Virus record (IMG/VR): IMGVR_UViG_3300029286_000009
Location: 62,001-126,000 of that record
Reading direction: 5' to 3' (one strand)
Length of the DNA: 64,000 nucleotides
Part shown: one piece after another, positions 1-10,227 of the stretch
Numbering within the stretch: the stretch's first letter is position 1
Layout of the letters: each line of letters opens with the position of its first letter
Program-made: the position numbers and the translations under genes
Notes under the pieces: generated by a model
Databases searched by the model: none
What the model was told of the DNA's origin: nothing
The model's input: only the letters and a program-made list of their open reading frames with translations

Positions 1-717
1 GCACTGATTGTGGACTACAAGACTTCTCGGCGGGCTAAGACCCCGTCAGAAGCTCAGAGTGATGTGCAGTTGTCCATGTATGACTTGTTAATCTCTAAGA
101 AGTACCCCAAATACAGCAAAGTATGGTTGGCTTTGGAGTTTCTTAGAAGTGAAGCTGTCATTTCTGACCGGGTAGTTGCTGATAGGGTTTCTTTTGAGCG
201 TTGGTTGAATGAACTCTGGGTAAATATGGGGGACCAGCACGAGAAAGATGTTAAGCCGACAATAAACCAGTATTGTCCTTGGTGCGGTTATAAGCATCTT
301 TGTCACGCATTTAAACATGTGTTGGATGCTGATATCCAGTTAATCCCAACAGCGTCATTAGACTCAACGACAGTATTTACTGAAGAGTGGAAGAAAGCCA
401 AGGCATTAGAAAAAATTGCTTCCGAAAGGATACTAGAGCTGAAAGCGTGGGCGAATAATGCGGTGGAACTGGAGGGGCTATTTAAATTTGAGGATGATAC
501 CTCAGTGTTATCCTGGAACCAGAGCAGCCGTACATTTTATGATGCAAAAACTTTACTACCCCATATCCCCCTGGATGACTTGGCAAGGATAGTTTCCATT
601 AAGAATGAAGCATTGCTAACTTATGTAAATAATGAACGCCCCGACCTCAAACCAGTAGTAGACGCAGCTACACGGTCAACAGTAATGGGAGCAAGAATAA
701 CCACAAGGAAGAAGTGA
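1..717 (+). CDS. PD-(D/E)XK (RecB/Cas4-like) exonuclease, 5'-truncated by window edge
   Basis: Open from base 1 (ALIVDYKTS); DYKT motif, QLSMY motif and C-terminal CPWCGYKHLC. Confidence 0.75.
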   Translation, partial: ALIVDYKTSRRAKTPSEAQSDVQLSMYDLLISKKYPKYSKVWLALEFLRSEAVISDRVVADRVSFERWLNELWVNMGDQHEKDVKPTINQYCPWCGYKHLCHAFKHVLDADIQLIPTASLDSTTVFTEEWKKAKALEKIASERILELKAWANNAVELEGLFKFEDDTSVLSWNQSSRTFYDAKTLLPHIPLDDLARIVSIKNEALLTYVNNERPDLKPVVDAATRSTVMGARITTRKK

Positions 718-733
718 TCCTGAGGAGAAGATA

Positions 734-1654
734 ATGAGGTGGCTACTTATTGGCGGAGGTGGTTTTATAGGAAGTCACCTCACTTCTTTCTTGCTTAAAA
801 ATAAACAGGAAGTAATAGTATATGATAATAACTCATTTTGCTTACCAGGAGATTTAATTGCAACAAACTTCCACCGGTATTTAGGTGACGTATCTAATAC
901 GACCACTTTAGCTACTGTGGTAAACGTGCATAACCCAGAAGTAGTATGCTGGTTAGTGGCGTTTCATGCCTATGATGCGGGTGAAAATCCATTTATCAAG
1001 GTGTCTTGGCTGAACTACACATTGAATAATGTTTTACCAGTGGTTGCTACAGCCCCCCGCAAATTTGTTTTATTTTCTTCAGAAGCAGTTTACGTTCCAC
1101 AACAAGAACTTATAGTAGAAGAGAGCCCTTTAAGGTGGGGGCACCCTAGAACGGAAATTCAAGGGCACATAATCACTGAATGGTACACCAGGAGTTTATG
1201 TGGACACCTAAAAATACCCTATATGATTTTAAGACTTTCAAATACAATAGGTAAACGACAATTTTATCACCCAGTAGTAGACCGGCTTTCTTTTATGATA
1301 GACCATATTTTACTGAAGAGTCCTACTCTAATAATTACAAACCCTAACCAAGCCCGAGACTACTTATACATAAATGACGCAATTCCAATGATATATAAAA
1401 TCATTCGTAACGGGCAAGGAGGACAAGTATACAACATTGCGAGTGGGATAGGTGTTACGAATGATGAGCTATTACAGGAACTTATAGAGCTTACCGATCC
1501 GAGTCATTTACCTAAGGTGGTAGACAGTAAAGAGGCGAATATTGTATTGTCAACTGCCAAATCCGCCCCAATTGCTAAGGGTAAGATTACCCCCATCAAT
1601 CGGATATTACCTGGATTAGTAAACTATCGCAAAGAAATACTAGGAGGCTTTTAG
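734..1654 (+). CDS. NAD-dependent epimerase/dehydratase (extended SDR) homolog, catalytic YxxxK not evident
   Basis: GGGGFIGSHL Rossmann motif, FSSEAVY, ILRLSN, RDYLYIND, YNIASG; AGGAG RBS. Confidence 0.8.
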   Translation: MRWLLIGGGGFIGSHLTSFLLKNKQEVIVYDNNSFCLPGDLIATNFHRYLGDVSNTTTLATVVNVHNPEVVCWLVAFHAYDAGENPFIKVSWLNYTLNNVLPVVATAPRKFVLFSSEAVYVPQQELIVEESPLRWGHPRTEIQGHIITEWYTRSLCGHLKIPYMILRLSNTIGKRQFYHPVVDRLSFMIDHILLKSPTLIITNPNQARDYLYINDAIPMIYKIIRNGQGGQVYNIASGIGVTNDELLQELIELTDPSHLPKVVDSKEANIVLSTAKSAPIAKGKITPINRILPGLVNYRKEILGGF

Positions 1655-1656
1655 AT

Positions 1657-3561
1657 TTGAACACTTTGTATGACTTCTTACAAACGGATGCACAAATAAG
1701 TGTAGCACTAGAATATTTCATTAATGCACCAATAATTACCATAGATACAGAAACAAACGGACTAGATCCGCATACTAATCGGGTGTTATTAATACAGATG
1801 TCTATAGGAAATTATACCGTCATCATAGACATGACTACATCTAATAGCTTGGCTCAACGGGATATGGATTCTAAAGTTTGGAGAATGATGGTCGCCATAC
1901 TGACCAGCTCCGCATTAAAAATCGGGCACAACATAGGGTTTGATTTCAAAATGTTGCGGGCGTGGTTTGGTTGTGACATGACCAATATGTATTGTACGAT
2001 GCTAGCGGAACGCATGCTCACATCGGGTAAGGTGGTAGAGAGTAAGTATCCGTCGTTGAAGTCAATTGTTCCGATATATACTTCATTAACTGAAGCAGAT
2101 ATGAAGAAACAAATCCGAGAAGATTTCTACAAAGGCTATGTAATGGATGGGTTTAGCAAAGACCAGTTGGATTATTCAGCCCGTGATGTACAGGTATTGC
2201 ACCCCATATACTGGAAGCAAATGCATTTGCTACAGCAAGAAGGGTTGATGCGTGTGGCGGGGCTAGAATTTAGCGTAATTGCACCGATGTCACTGATGGA
2301 ATATTACGGTGTAAATATTAACGTTCCTCATTGGCGTAAAGTGTTGGAAGATATTGGAAGAGAACGCGTAGAAGTTAGAGCAAAGGTGCAACAACACCTG
2401 CAACCACTCGTAAAACAAAGGAGTGTATTTGACAATTTTTGTAGCATATCTATTGATAGTCCAGCCCAGCTAGTTACTGCTCTACAGAAGCTAGGAATTG
2501 TTGTAGAGTCCACTGGTAAAGGGGTCTTAGATAAGTTAAAGGGTGACCACCCAATTATTCCCTTACTGTTAGAATACCGAAAATATAATCGGCTAATAAC
2601 CGCGTATGGTGAGGAACTGTTAGCAAAAATAAATCCAACCACAGGTAGATTGCATTGCAATTTCAAGCAGATAGGAGCGGATAGCGGGCGAGCCTCATCG
2701 AATAACCCCAATCTGCAGAATATTCCTGGTGATTCCAAGTTTCGTCACGGTTTCATTGCCCCTGATGGGTATGTGTGTATTGCAGCCGATTACTCTCAAC
2801 AAGAACTACGTTGTATAGGAGCACTCAGTCGTGAAACTCATATGATTGAAGCGTACCGGCGGGGAGAAGATATCCATAGTCAAGCTACTGCAGGTATATA
2901 CGGAATTCCTTTAAAGATAATAGAGGAAACCTTGGCGAGTATTGACATAAAACAGCGAGAAGGGCGTTACTCAGAAATTACTCCTGAGGAAGAAGCTATA
3001 AAGAAGAAACGTGGTATTGCGAAGAGTTGCAACTTCCTTTTGTCATACGGTGGTAGTTATATTCGTTTAGCAATGGTAGCTGGTATACCGGAAGAAGAAG
3101 CGAAACATGCTGTGAATACTTACTTTAATTTATACCCTAAAGTGAAGCGTTACATTGATGTGGAGGGGGCAAGGGCAGTTCAGCAGGGTTACAGTGAGAC
3201 ATTGTCAGGAAGAAAAAGATATTATACGTTACCTCCCACAACCGACCCCGACTACAGAAAAATTGAGGCAGCGATAAAGCGGCAAGGGGTCAACCATGGA
3301 ATCCAGGGGGTGTGTGCGGATATTACAAAGCAAGCTATGGTATACATTCATAAGGATGCTTGTGCACGTTTCGGAAACGGCAATGCTTATCTTTGGGGAT
3401 CTGTGCATGATGAACTCCTAGTTTTTGCGAAGCAACAAATTGCTACTGAAGTAGAACAAATGGTAGTTAAAAACATGGAGAAGGCTTTTTATGACTTTAT
3501 CCCAGAAGAGGTATGTCCGATAAAAGTGGACAGCAAACGTGGCCCGATGTGGCTCCACTGA
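1657..3561 (+). CDS. polA: DNA polymerase family A with 3'-5' exonuclease domain
   Basis: DTETNG and GHNIGFD exonuclease motifs; PNLQNIP, motif A DYSQQELR, motif B AKSCNFLLSYG (Phe at the 762-equivalent), motif C VHDEL. Confidence 0.95.
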   Translation: MNTLYDFLQTDAQISVALEYFINAPIITIDTETNGLDPHTNRVLLIQMSIGNYTVIIDMTTSNSLAQRDMDSKVWRMMVAILTSSALKIGHNIGFDFKMLRAWFGCDMTNMYCTMLAERMLTSGKVVESKYPSLKSIVPIYTSLTEADMKKQIREDFYKGYVMDGFSKDQLDYSARDVQVLHPIYWKQMHLLQQEGLMRVAGLEFSVIAPMSLMEYYGVNINVPHWRKVLEDIGRERVEVRAKVQQHLQPLVKQRSVFDNFCSISIDSPAQLVTALQKLGIVVESTGKGVLDKLKGDHPIIPLLLEYRKYNRLITAYGEELLAKINPTTGRLHCNFKQIGADSGRASSNNPNLQNIPGDSKFRHGFIAPDGYVCIAADYSQQELRCIGALSRETHMIEAYRRGEDIHSQATAGIYGIPLKIIEETLASIDIKQREGRYSEITPEEEAIKKKRGIAKSCNFLLSYGGSYIRLAMVAGIPEEEAKHAVNTYFNLYPKVKRYIDVEGARAVQQGYSETLSGRKRYYTLPPTTDPDYRKIEAAIKRQGVNHGIQGVCADITKQAMVYIHKDACARFGNGNAYLWGSVHDELLVFAKQQIATEVEQMVVKNMEKAFYDFIPEEVCPIKVDSKRGPMWLH

Positions 3562-3973
3562 GAGTATACAACATAATGCAATGACAACATTACAAGTAGA
3601 AAGAAAGCGGGCTAAGGTTAAAGCTGAAGCCCGCAGTAAGGATAAGAAGCTTTGTATTTTTCGTAATAATTTTCCATTAACTAAAAAGGAGATAGAACAA
3701 ATATTAAAAGGAATAACAGACGAAGATGTAGCCCTACTAGCCACTACCCGCCCCGCAGAATTGCGGGGTATTTGTGTCTCTGGATACCACGTAGGTGTGG
3801 GCACTTGTTTGGCTAAAAAGTTGGGGCGACACGGAGTAGAAAAGAGTAATGTGTGTGTAGACTGTAAACATCAGGAAGTACTCAATCAATTGAATTATAT
3901 ACTCAGGTTAAAATATGGAGAAAGATACCGGGCAGGTTGGGTTCAGAAAAGAAAGTCACGGAATATAGAATAA
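3539..3973 (+). CDS. hypothetical Cys-containing protein
   Basis: ORF fills the polA-nrdD gap; true start may be the ATG near 3580. Confidence 0.55.
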   Translation: MARCGSTESIQHNAMTTLQVERKRAKVKAEARSKDKKLCIFRNNFPLTKKEIEQILKGITDEDVALLATTRPAELRGICVSGYHVGVGTCLAKKLGRHGVEKSNVCVDCKHQEVLNQLNYILRLKYGERYRAGWVQKRKSRNIE

Positions 3974-3993
3974 ATAAGATATGGAGGCTTGCT

Positions 3994-6000
3994 ATGGATA
4001 ATGTGAAAGGCTACAATGTAATGCTTTCTTACGAAAGCTCTTTTGTGAACTTGATGAACCGGCTCCAAAAAAAATATCCTGCCGAACTATTTGAGATACA
4101 AGGTATTGCAAATAAACATTTAGATATAAATGCTTTTTCTAAGCAATTTTTTAATCGTAACAATGGAAAGACAAATGTTGCTACTTTGTCTACAGACCCA
4201 AACGCCAACGTGTGTGAGATGACTGTATCACAGTGGGCATATGAGCACGGTAAGGGGATCATGCGTGTTAATGGGTTGTATTTGGTATGGGATTATGTAA
4301 CCAAGTTGTTTTCGCAACGGGCGGCTAATGAGGTTGTGGAGCTAATTATCAATGGAAGTATCTTTGTTAATGACCTCCATCAATACGAGAGGCCCTATTG
4401 CTACGGTTTCGACCTTAACCCCATGGTGTGTGAGGGGCTGAAATTCTTCAAAGGTCCCTTTAAAATTGGTCCACCTAAACGGGCAGACAGTTTTATTGAT
4501 TTGCTTATACAAGGGACAGCATACGTATCAAACCAGATTGCTGGAGCAAATAGTTACCCCACACTGTTTGTTAACTTCGATTGGTTTTTGAGAAACGATT
4601 ATGGGGAGGATTACGCAACACGACTAGAAAATTCCAAGGAAAGTGTATACTATCCGATAACCAACTTATTCCAAAACCTGATTTACAGTTGGGGGTTTCC
4701 TTTTAGAGGTAGCCAAAGTCCATTTGTCAACGTATCAATTCTAGACCGCGGTTTTCTTGAGACACTGTTTGGTACCAATGAATACGGTGGTGCCAAGTAT
4801 GTAAATCCAGACGGCACACCGGTTAATATCGACTCGGTATATAAGCTGCAAAAAGCTTTCTACGAGTATTTTAACAAGATTTTTGGTAAGGAAGGGTTAT
4901 TTACATTTCCTATTGTCACTTTAGCAATCTCAATAGGTACTGATAATAATTACAATGACTCAGAGTTTGTTGAGTGGGTATCAAAGATATATGCGAATAA
5001 GTGTTTAGCTAACATATACATTGGGAAACCCAATAGTTTTAGTTCTTGTTGCCGGATGAAAAACGATTACGAGAAAATAGATAAGTTTAATAAAGAGTAT
5101 CAAAATTCATTCGGGGTGGGTGGCATTAGTATAGGCTCTACGCGAGTCGCCGGTGTTAACCTTCCTAGAATAGCATTTAACATGCGGGCGGATGGGGTTT
5201 CAGATTATAAATCCTACTTACAGGATGCACTAGAGGCGTGCAGTAAAGTGTTAATAGCACACAGAAAGGTTATTGCTAACCATATCGCTGCAGGAGCATT
5301 GCCTTTGTATGATACGGGCTGGATTGATATGGATAGGCAATATTCTACCTTTGGATTTATGGGCAGTTATGAGTTCCTCGATTTACTTGGAATGGATGTC
5401 ACTTCAGAGCAAGGTTCAGACTATCTTGTTGAAGTATTGCAGACCATCAGTGACTTTGCCGATAAGTGTTCAGTAGAGAATAAAATTCCGACTAATATTG
5501 AACAAATACCTGGGGAGAGTATGGCTTCTAGGTTGTGCGAAATTGATAAATTACTTGGGTATAACATTGATTATGATGTGGATTTATATAGCAATCAATA
5601 TATACCTCTAACACAAAATGGTAATATTTATGACCGGTTTAAGGTACAAGGTAAACTAGATCGCTTAACGAGCGGTGGTGCAATACTCCATCTGAATATT
5701 GAAGACGGAAGTAATATTACCCCAAAACAAATGATGAAACTTCTAAATACTGCTAAGGAGACGGGCACAGTTTACTTCGCAGTAAACAGAGTATTTTCTG
5801 AGTGTGAGGCGGGGCATATGACTATCTCCAATAGTGGTAGTTGTAAAGAGTGTGGTGGGGTCGTTATTAAACAAGTAACACGCGTAGTTGGATTCTTTAC
5901 TGCGGTATCTAGTTGGGGTGCTGCTCGCCAAAATGAGTTCAAGCAACGGGTGTTTTATAATAACAAAGGAAAGGCGATTTTTACAGATGCAGATAGTTAA
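3994..6000 (+). CDS. nrdD: anaerobic (class III) ribonucleoside-triphosphate reductase
   Basis: RPYCYG, SQSPFVNVS, SSCCRM, EQIPGES, TSGGAILH, C-terminal Zn ribbon and glycyl-radical motif TRVVGFF; GGAGG RBS before ATG 3994. Confidence 0.93.
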   Translation: MDNVKGYNVMLSYESSFVNLMNRLQKKYPAELFEIQGIANKHLDINAFSKQFFNRNNGKTNVATLSTDPNANVCEMTVSQWAYEHGKGIMRVNGLYLVWDYVTKLFSQRAANEVVELIINGSIFVNDLHQYERPYCYGFDLNPMVCEGLKFFKGPFKIGPPKRADSFIDLLIQGTAYVSNQIAGANSYPTLFVNFDWFLRNDYGEDYATRLENSKESVYYPITNLFQNLIYSWGFPFRGSQSPFVNVSILDRGFLETLFGTNEYGGAKYVNPDGTPVNIDSVYKLQKAFYEYFNKIFGKEGLFTFPIVTLAISIGTDNNYNDSEFVEWVSKIYANKCLANIYIGKPNSFSSCCRMKNDYEKIDKFNKEYQNSFGVGGISIGSTRVAGVNLPRIAFNMRADGVSDYKSYLQDALEACSKVLIAHRKVIANHIAAGALPLYDTGWIDMDRQYSTFGFMGSYEFLDLLGMDVTSEQGSDYLVEVLQTISDFADKCSVENKIPTNIEQIPGESMASRLCEIDKLLGYNIDYDVDLYSNQYIPLTQNGNIYDRFKVQGKLDRLTSGGAILHLNIEDGSNITPKQMMKLLNTAKETGTVYFAVNRVFSECEAGHMTISNSGSCKECGGVVIKQVTRVVGFFTAVSSWGAARQNEFKQRVFYNNKGKAIFTDADS

Positions 6001-6592
6001 TTTTATTCCAGAGACTTATCAAGAGTTTGAGAATCATTTGTCGTTGGTGTTGTTTTGTTATGGATGTAATCTTAGTTGTTCGTGGTGTTATAATCGGGAG
6101 TTTGTGACTAATCCGAATAATATCTTACCCAAAACAGCAGAACAGATTATAGATGAGAATGTAAACCCCCTGCTAGACGGACTTGTTTTTCTTGGCGGAG
6201 AACCTTTGCTTTATCCTGATAGATTAGAAGAGCTTGCCAAGTATGTACAAAGTAGACATGGGTTGGAAACTAAGGTGTACACCAATGGGTTTAACTGGAT
6301 AACAACTCTTCGTGGATTACGAGAGGGGTGGCTTAATGCTGCCAGTATAGATTTTAAATGTTTCGATGATTGTAGTTGTCTTGGAGTAGATGCTTATGAT
6401 TACACAAAATCTCTGCGGATATTACTCGACCTCGTTAACCACTTCAATCTTAATGATAAGGTAGAGGTTAGAACAACAATGCACAAAAATTTAACAATGG
6501 ATGACTTAAAAAATATAGAACGTCTTTGTTACTATTTCAACCTAAAACATATTAAGCAACAGGAATTTAATTATGGCACATTATTTTCATAG
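5987..6592 (+). CDS. nrdG: anaerobic RNR activating enzyme (radical SAM)
   Basis: GCNLSCSWCYN, GGEP, YTNG, EVRTT; overlaps the end of nrdD. Confidence 0.9.
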   Translation: MQIVNFIPETYQEFENHLSLVLFCYGCNLSCSWCYNREFVTNPNNILPKTAEQIIDENVNPLLDGLVFLGGEPLLYPDRLEELAKYVQSRHGLETKVYTNGFNWITTLRGLREGWLNAASIDFKCFDDCSCLGVDAYDYTKSLRILLDLVNHFNLNDKVEVRTTMHKNLTMDDLKNIERLCYYFNLKHIKQQEFNYGTLFS

Positions 6593-6699
6593 CCCCGGCT
6601 CTTTTTTTATTGAGGCATTGCAGTTTCTAACAAATAAAGGGATAATAACTTGGGAAGCATATGAAGAGGGTATATTTTTTGCGGAGATAGATACTGACC

Positions 6700-7488
6700 T
6701 TGTGGTTGCCAGTTATTCATTTTTCTAGTAATCCTAAATTCATAGAAGACTTACAGTTATATCTAATAAATACTACTGATGTCTACATGGGTATAGCAAA
6801 ACAATCTGAAAATACGCACGTACTGTATAGTCATTCATGGAAAAAATCTATAGACATATTAGATTATATGTATAGACAATCTACTATATATTTAGAAAGA
6901 AAGTTTGCAAAGGTAAAGGAGATAAAAGAAGCTTACAGAGACTACGTACAGAGACCTTATAAAATTCATTATCCTAAAGATTATTTATTAGACTTAAAAG
7001 CCCGATTTAAAACGTGGATATCTGTTGCAGACCATTTGGGGATAAAAGCAACAGCTTTACATTATCATCTACGTAAAGTGAACATTTATCAAAAGGACTT
7101 TCAGCCTAAAGCAGGAGAAACCTATGGAAGACTAACCATATTAGAAATATTCAGCGATAAAAGAAATAGCGAGAAATACAATTGTTTACGAGCAAGGTGT
7201 ATTTGTGAGTGCGGGAATGAGGCTGTTACTAGGTTGCAAAATTTAAGAGATGGAACTACAAGATCTTGTGGTTGTTTATTTTTAGAAGTTGCTGCTGAAA
7301 AGGGAAGGAAAACAGCAAAAAATAGGAAAGACAACACTTGGATAGAATTTAATGGAAAAAGAATGATTGCTGCTGATTGGATAAGAGAATTAAATATACC
7401 GTCAACAACATTTCACCGACTCTACAGAAAATATAAAGATATAGGAAGGGTAGAAAATGTGTATGAAAAAGTCAAATGTTCTCGTTGA
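6700..7488 (+). CDS. homing endonuclease-like protein (partial LAGLIDADG-type N-terminus plus Cys-rich phage endonuclease-associated domain)
   Basis: YMYRQSTIYLERK resembles LAGLIDADG C-termini; YGRLTIL...CICECGNE...TTRSCGC; AT-rich. Confidence 0.6.
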   Translation: MWLPVIHFSSNPKFIEDLQLYLINTTDVYMGIAKQSENTHVLYSHSWKKSIDILDYMYRQSTIYLERKFAKVKEIKEAYRDYVQRPYKIHYPKDYLLDLKARFKTWISVADHLGIKATALHYHLRKVNIYQKDFQPKAGETYGRLTILEIFSDKRNSEKYNCLRARCICECGNEAVTRLQNLRDGTTRSCGCLFLEVAAEKGRKTAKNRKDNTWIEFNGKRMIAADWIRELNIPSTTFHRLYRKYKDIGRVENVYEKVKCSR

Positions 7489-7657
7489 AAGAACAATGTG
7501 GGTCAATGTGCGTTCACTTAGACATATATTTGATGAACGTCTAAAAGCAGACTGCGAAGCGGACCTGAGAAGATGTATGTGGCAAATATGGGATTTAGTG
7601 GAACCTTTAACACCTTCATTCTATTTCGATTTAAAAGAAAAGATAGATAATGTCTGA
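7457..7657 (+). pseudogene. probable C-terminal remnant of flavin-dependent thymidylate synthase ThyX
   Basis: MWVNVRSLRHIFDERL...DLRRCMWQIWDLVEPLTPSFY resembles the ThyX C-terminal pattern NxRxLxHFxxxR...EIRxxA...P. Confidence 0.45.
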
Positions 7658-8624
7658 TAAGATAAAATTCATAGATTTATTTGCGGGTGTGGGTGGATTT
7701 AGATTGGTGTTAGAACAATTTGGTTTACAATGTGTTTTCTCTTCTGAGATAGACCAGGAATGTGGTAGGATATACAATAAAAATTTTGGAGAATACCCAC
7801 ATGGAGACATTACTAAAATAAATGCTGGAGATATCCCCCAGCACGACTTTCTTTGCGGGGGATTCCCTTGTCAGCCATTCTCGATTTCTGGCAAGAAAGC
7901 AGGGTTTGAGGACACACGTGGTACCTTATTTTTCGAGATATTACGTATTGTAGATTACCATAAGCCCCAAATTCTTCTTCTAGAGAACGTTAAGAACTTT
8001 GTAAGCCATGATAGCGGAAAGACTTTTTCTGTGATCAAAGAAACACTTAGTAGTTTGGGGTATACTGTGTTTGCGTCAGTTCTAAACGCAAGTGATTATG
8101 GGGTGCCCTCTGCTCGTCAAAGGGTTTATATAGTTGCTTTTCATAATCGCCTTGATATAAATGATTTTGAATTTCCAGAAGGGAGTAAAAATAAAATTTC
8201 CTTACAAAGTTTTTTACGCGATGAAATTGATAAAAAATATGTAATTGATAGGAAGGACATTATTCTTCGTTCGTTGGAACAACCTGTAATACAAAATAAA
8301 CCTATACGTGTAGGAGAAATAAACTCGGGTAGACAAGGTGAACGCATATATAGTGCGGAATATGGTCACGCAGTTACATTTTCTGCCTCAGGCGGGGGTA
8401 TCGGTAGCACTAGTGGGCTATATTTGATAAGGGGCGGAGTGGTTAGGAAACTAGCACCTAGAGAATGCTATTCTGTAATGGGGTTTCCAGAGACTTTTGT
8501 AATATCTACAAATGAAAAACAAGCGTATAAACAGATAGGAAATAGTGTAGCATTGCCGGTAGTAAAAAGTGTTGTTAATCAGATTCTTTACACGCTAGCA
8601 AGGAGGACTTTACAGAATAAATGA
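7650..8624 (+). CDS. C5-cytosine DNA methyltransferase, M.HhaI-like (probably GCGC)
   Basis: DLFAGVGG, GFPCQPFS, ENVKN, RQRVY, QIGNSV; target-recognition region QGERIYS...TFSASGGG closely resembles M.HhaI. Confidence 0.93.
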   Translation: MSDKIKFIDLFAGVGGFRLVLEQFGLQCVFSSEIDQECGRIYNKNFGEYPHGDITKINAGDIPQHDFLCGGFPCQPFSISGKKAGFEDTRGTLFFEILRIVDYHKPQILLLENVKNFVSHDSGKTFSVIKETLSSLGYTVFASVLNASDYGVPSARQRVYIVAFHNRLDINDFEFPEGSKNKISLQSFLRDEIDKKYVIDRKDIILRSLEQPVIQNKPIRVGEINSGRQGERIYSAEYGHAVTFSASGGGIGSTSGLYLIRGGVVRKLAPRECYSVMGFPETFVISTNEKQAYKQIGNSVALPVVKSVVNQILYTLARRTLQNK

Positions 8625-9349
8625 GTAAGGCAGGAGCGATCAGCGGACTTAAAGTTGAACAACGAATAATTGATAAGTTTAATAAGATGGACGCCGATGC
8701 CCGAGCATGGGCAACACTGTTAACAAACGATAAAACAGTTCAGGTCATTCAAGCGTATAAGCCTGCTACACAGATAAAGACAGATATCTTCTTGGAAAGT
8801 TTAACTTCTTTGGGAAAATTGAACAAGACAATATCGGTCAAATCAGTGAAATCCAAAGTGGGCAGTAACCAATTAACTAGATTTTGGACGTCCTTATTAG
8901 TTGATAAATTTGGATTAGAAAATGACCTAGCAAATATTTTGAAGCGGTTTACGGGGGAGGCCAGTTGGAACGGAAATAGAGAAAATTTGAAGAGAGAAAA
9001 ATTAAGTGCACACCCAGAGCACAAAGTTGAAAGACTAAAAGAGTTTTTCTATGAGAATAAATATGATTTGATTAAGTGGATGTTTACTGGGGATGAGAAT
9101 ATAGATCATTTTATGGTGGTAACGAATGTTGGAACCGCCTTACCTAGCTATTTTATTTATCCCATGCAAGAGGTTATAAGTTATTATTCTGCTGGAGATG
9201 CCGTAATTACGTCGCGGGGGTGGGGAGGAATAAAAATTGGAAGAGTATCTATTCAGAGAAAGGGAGGCGATAAGGGTAAGTTTTCAGCTTGTCAACTCCA
9301 GAGTAAGATTCGTGTGGGAGAACTTTCTTTAGACTATAAGGATAAATAA
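8621..9349 (+). CDS. type II restriction endonuclease, HinP1I-like
   Basis: KTD...SVK, NQ, ILKRFTGE and GRVSIQRKGGDKG...QLQSKI match HinP1I features; ATGA overlap with the C5 MTase. Confidence 0.8.
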   Translation: MSKAGAISGLKVEQRIIDKFNKMDADARAWATLLTNDKTVQVIQAYKPATQIKTDIFLESLTSLGKLNKTISVKSVKSKVGSNQLTRFWTSLLVDKFGLENDLANILKRFTGEASWNGNRENLKREKLSAHPEHKVERLKEFFYENKYDLIKWMFTGDENIDHFMVVTNVGTALPSYFIYPMQEVISYYSAGDAVITSRGWGGIKIGRVSIQRKGGDKGKFSACQLQSKIRVGELSLDYKDK

Positions 9350-9352
9350 ATA

Positions 9353-9601
9353 ATGGACAAGAATAAACTACAAAATACTCTAGACTTTCTTAAAGACTCC
9401 CAGTCTATATGGTACCCCGGTTCAACGGAATATGAGCACTACCGGGTCGCAATAGACTGTGTAGAAAGGGCGATAAAGGACAATTATTATGATTGGAATA
9501 CACCGGGAAGTGCGGTGCAACAATTTGAAGAGGCATTGTTCAAAGACCTTTGGTATGGTAAAGCTGCTAATCTTACTATCTCTGGTTGTTATAATTTCTA
9601 G
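9353..9601 (+). CDS. hypothetical protein
   Basis: ORF in operon context. Confidence 0.5.
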   Translation: MDKNKLQNTLDFLKDSQSIWYPGSTEYEHYRVAIDCVERAIKDNYYDWNTPGSAVQQFEEALFKDLWYGKAANLTISGCYNF

Positions 9602-9737
9602 TTGTGCTCCTTACCACCAGATACATTCCTGTAATGATTGCGTATCACAGAGCCAGCTAGCACGACCGGAGGAACATAAGACACAAACAGAGTGTAGTTA
9701 CCAATTTAGATTTCCTAGAGAGACACAACATGATTAA
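9489..9737 (+). CDS. small putative lipoprotein
   Basis: MVKLLILLSLVVIISSC lipobox-like signal; real start probably at the internal Met. Confidence 0.4.
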   Translation: MIGIHREVRCNNLKRHCSKTFGMVKLLILLSLVVIISSCAPYHQIHSCNDCVSQSQLARPEEHKTQTECSYQFRFPRETQHD

Positions 9738-10227
9738 ACCTATAATTAAATATGCGGGGGGCAAAAGTAAACTTCTCCCGCATATCTTGGCAGAGTTGCC
9801 ATCAAACTATAATACTTACGTAGAGCCATTCGTAGGAGGTGGGGCTCTTCTGTTTGCTTTATGCCCCCGCCAGGCTATTGTTGCTGATATCAACTGCGAG
9901 ATTATCAACACCTACGTGGTGGTTAGGGACAACTTGTTAGAATTACTTACGGAATTAGACTCAATGGAGAATACACCTGAGTCCTTTTATGCAGTTAGGC
10001 AACAAGACCCTATGGCATTGACCGCTGTGAAGCGTGCAACTCGTTTTATTTATCTCAACAAAACTTGTTTCAATGGGTTGTATAGAGAAAATTCTAAGGG
10101 ACAGTTTAATGTTCCTTTTGGCAATTATAAGAATCCTAAGTTCTATGACGTAGATAATATAGGAGCGGTGGCGGACTATCTAAAAAACGCACAAAAAGAT
10201 AAATGGACAAACAATGCAAGAAATTAA
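9730..10227 (+). pseudogene. Dam-family adenine methyltransferase, N-terminal half only
   Basis: KYAGGKS, EPFVGGG, YLNKTCFNGLYREN present but ends before the DPPY motif. Confidence 0.75.

Noticed and set aside
1-717. Cas4 as part of a CRISPR system
   Set aside because: No array or other cas genes; stand-alone PD-(D/E)XK exonucleases are routine in phage replication modules.
9489-9737. Spanin or lysis cassette suggested by small lipoprotein-like ORFs (also 39379-39588)
   Set aside because: No adjacent endolysin, holin or i-spanin is recognisable.
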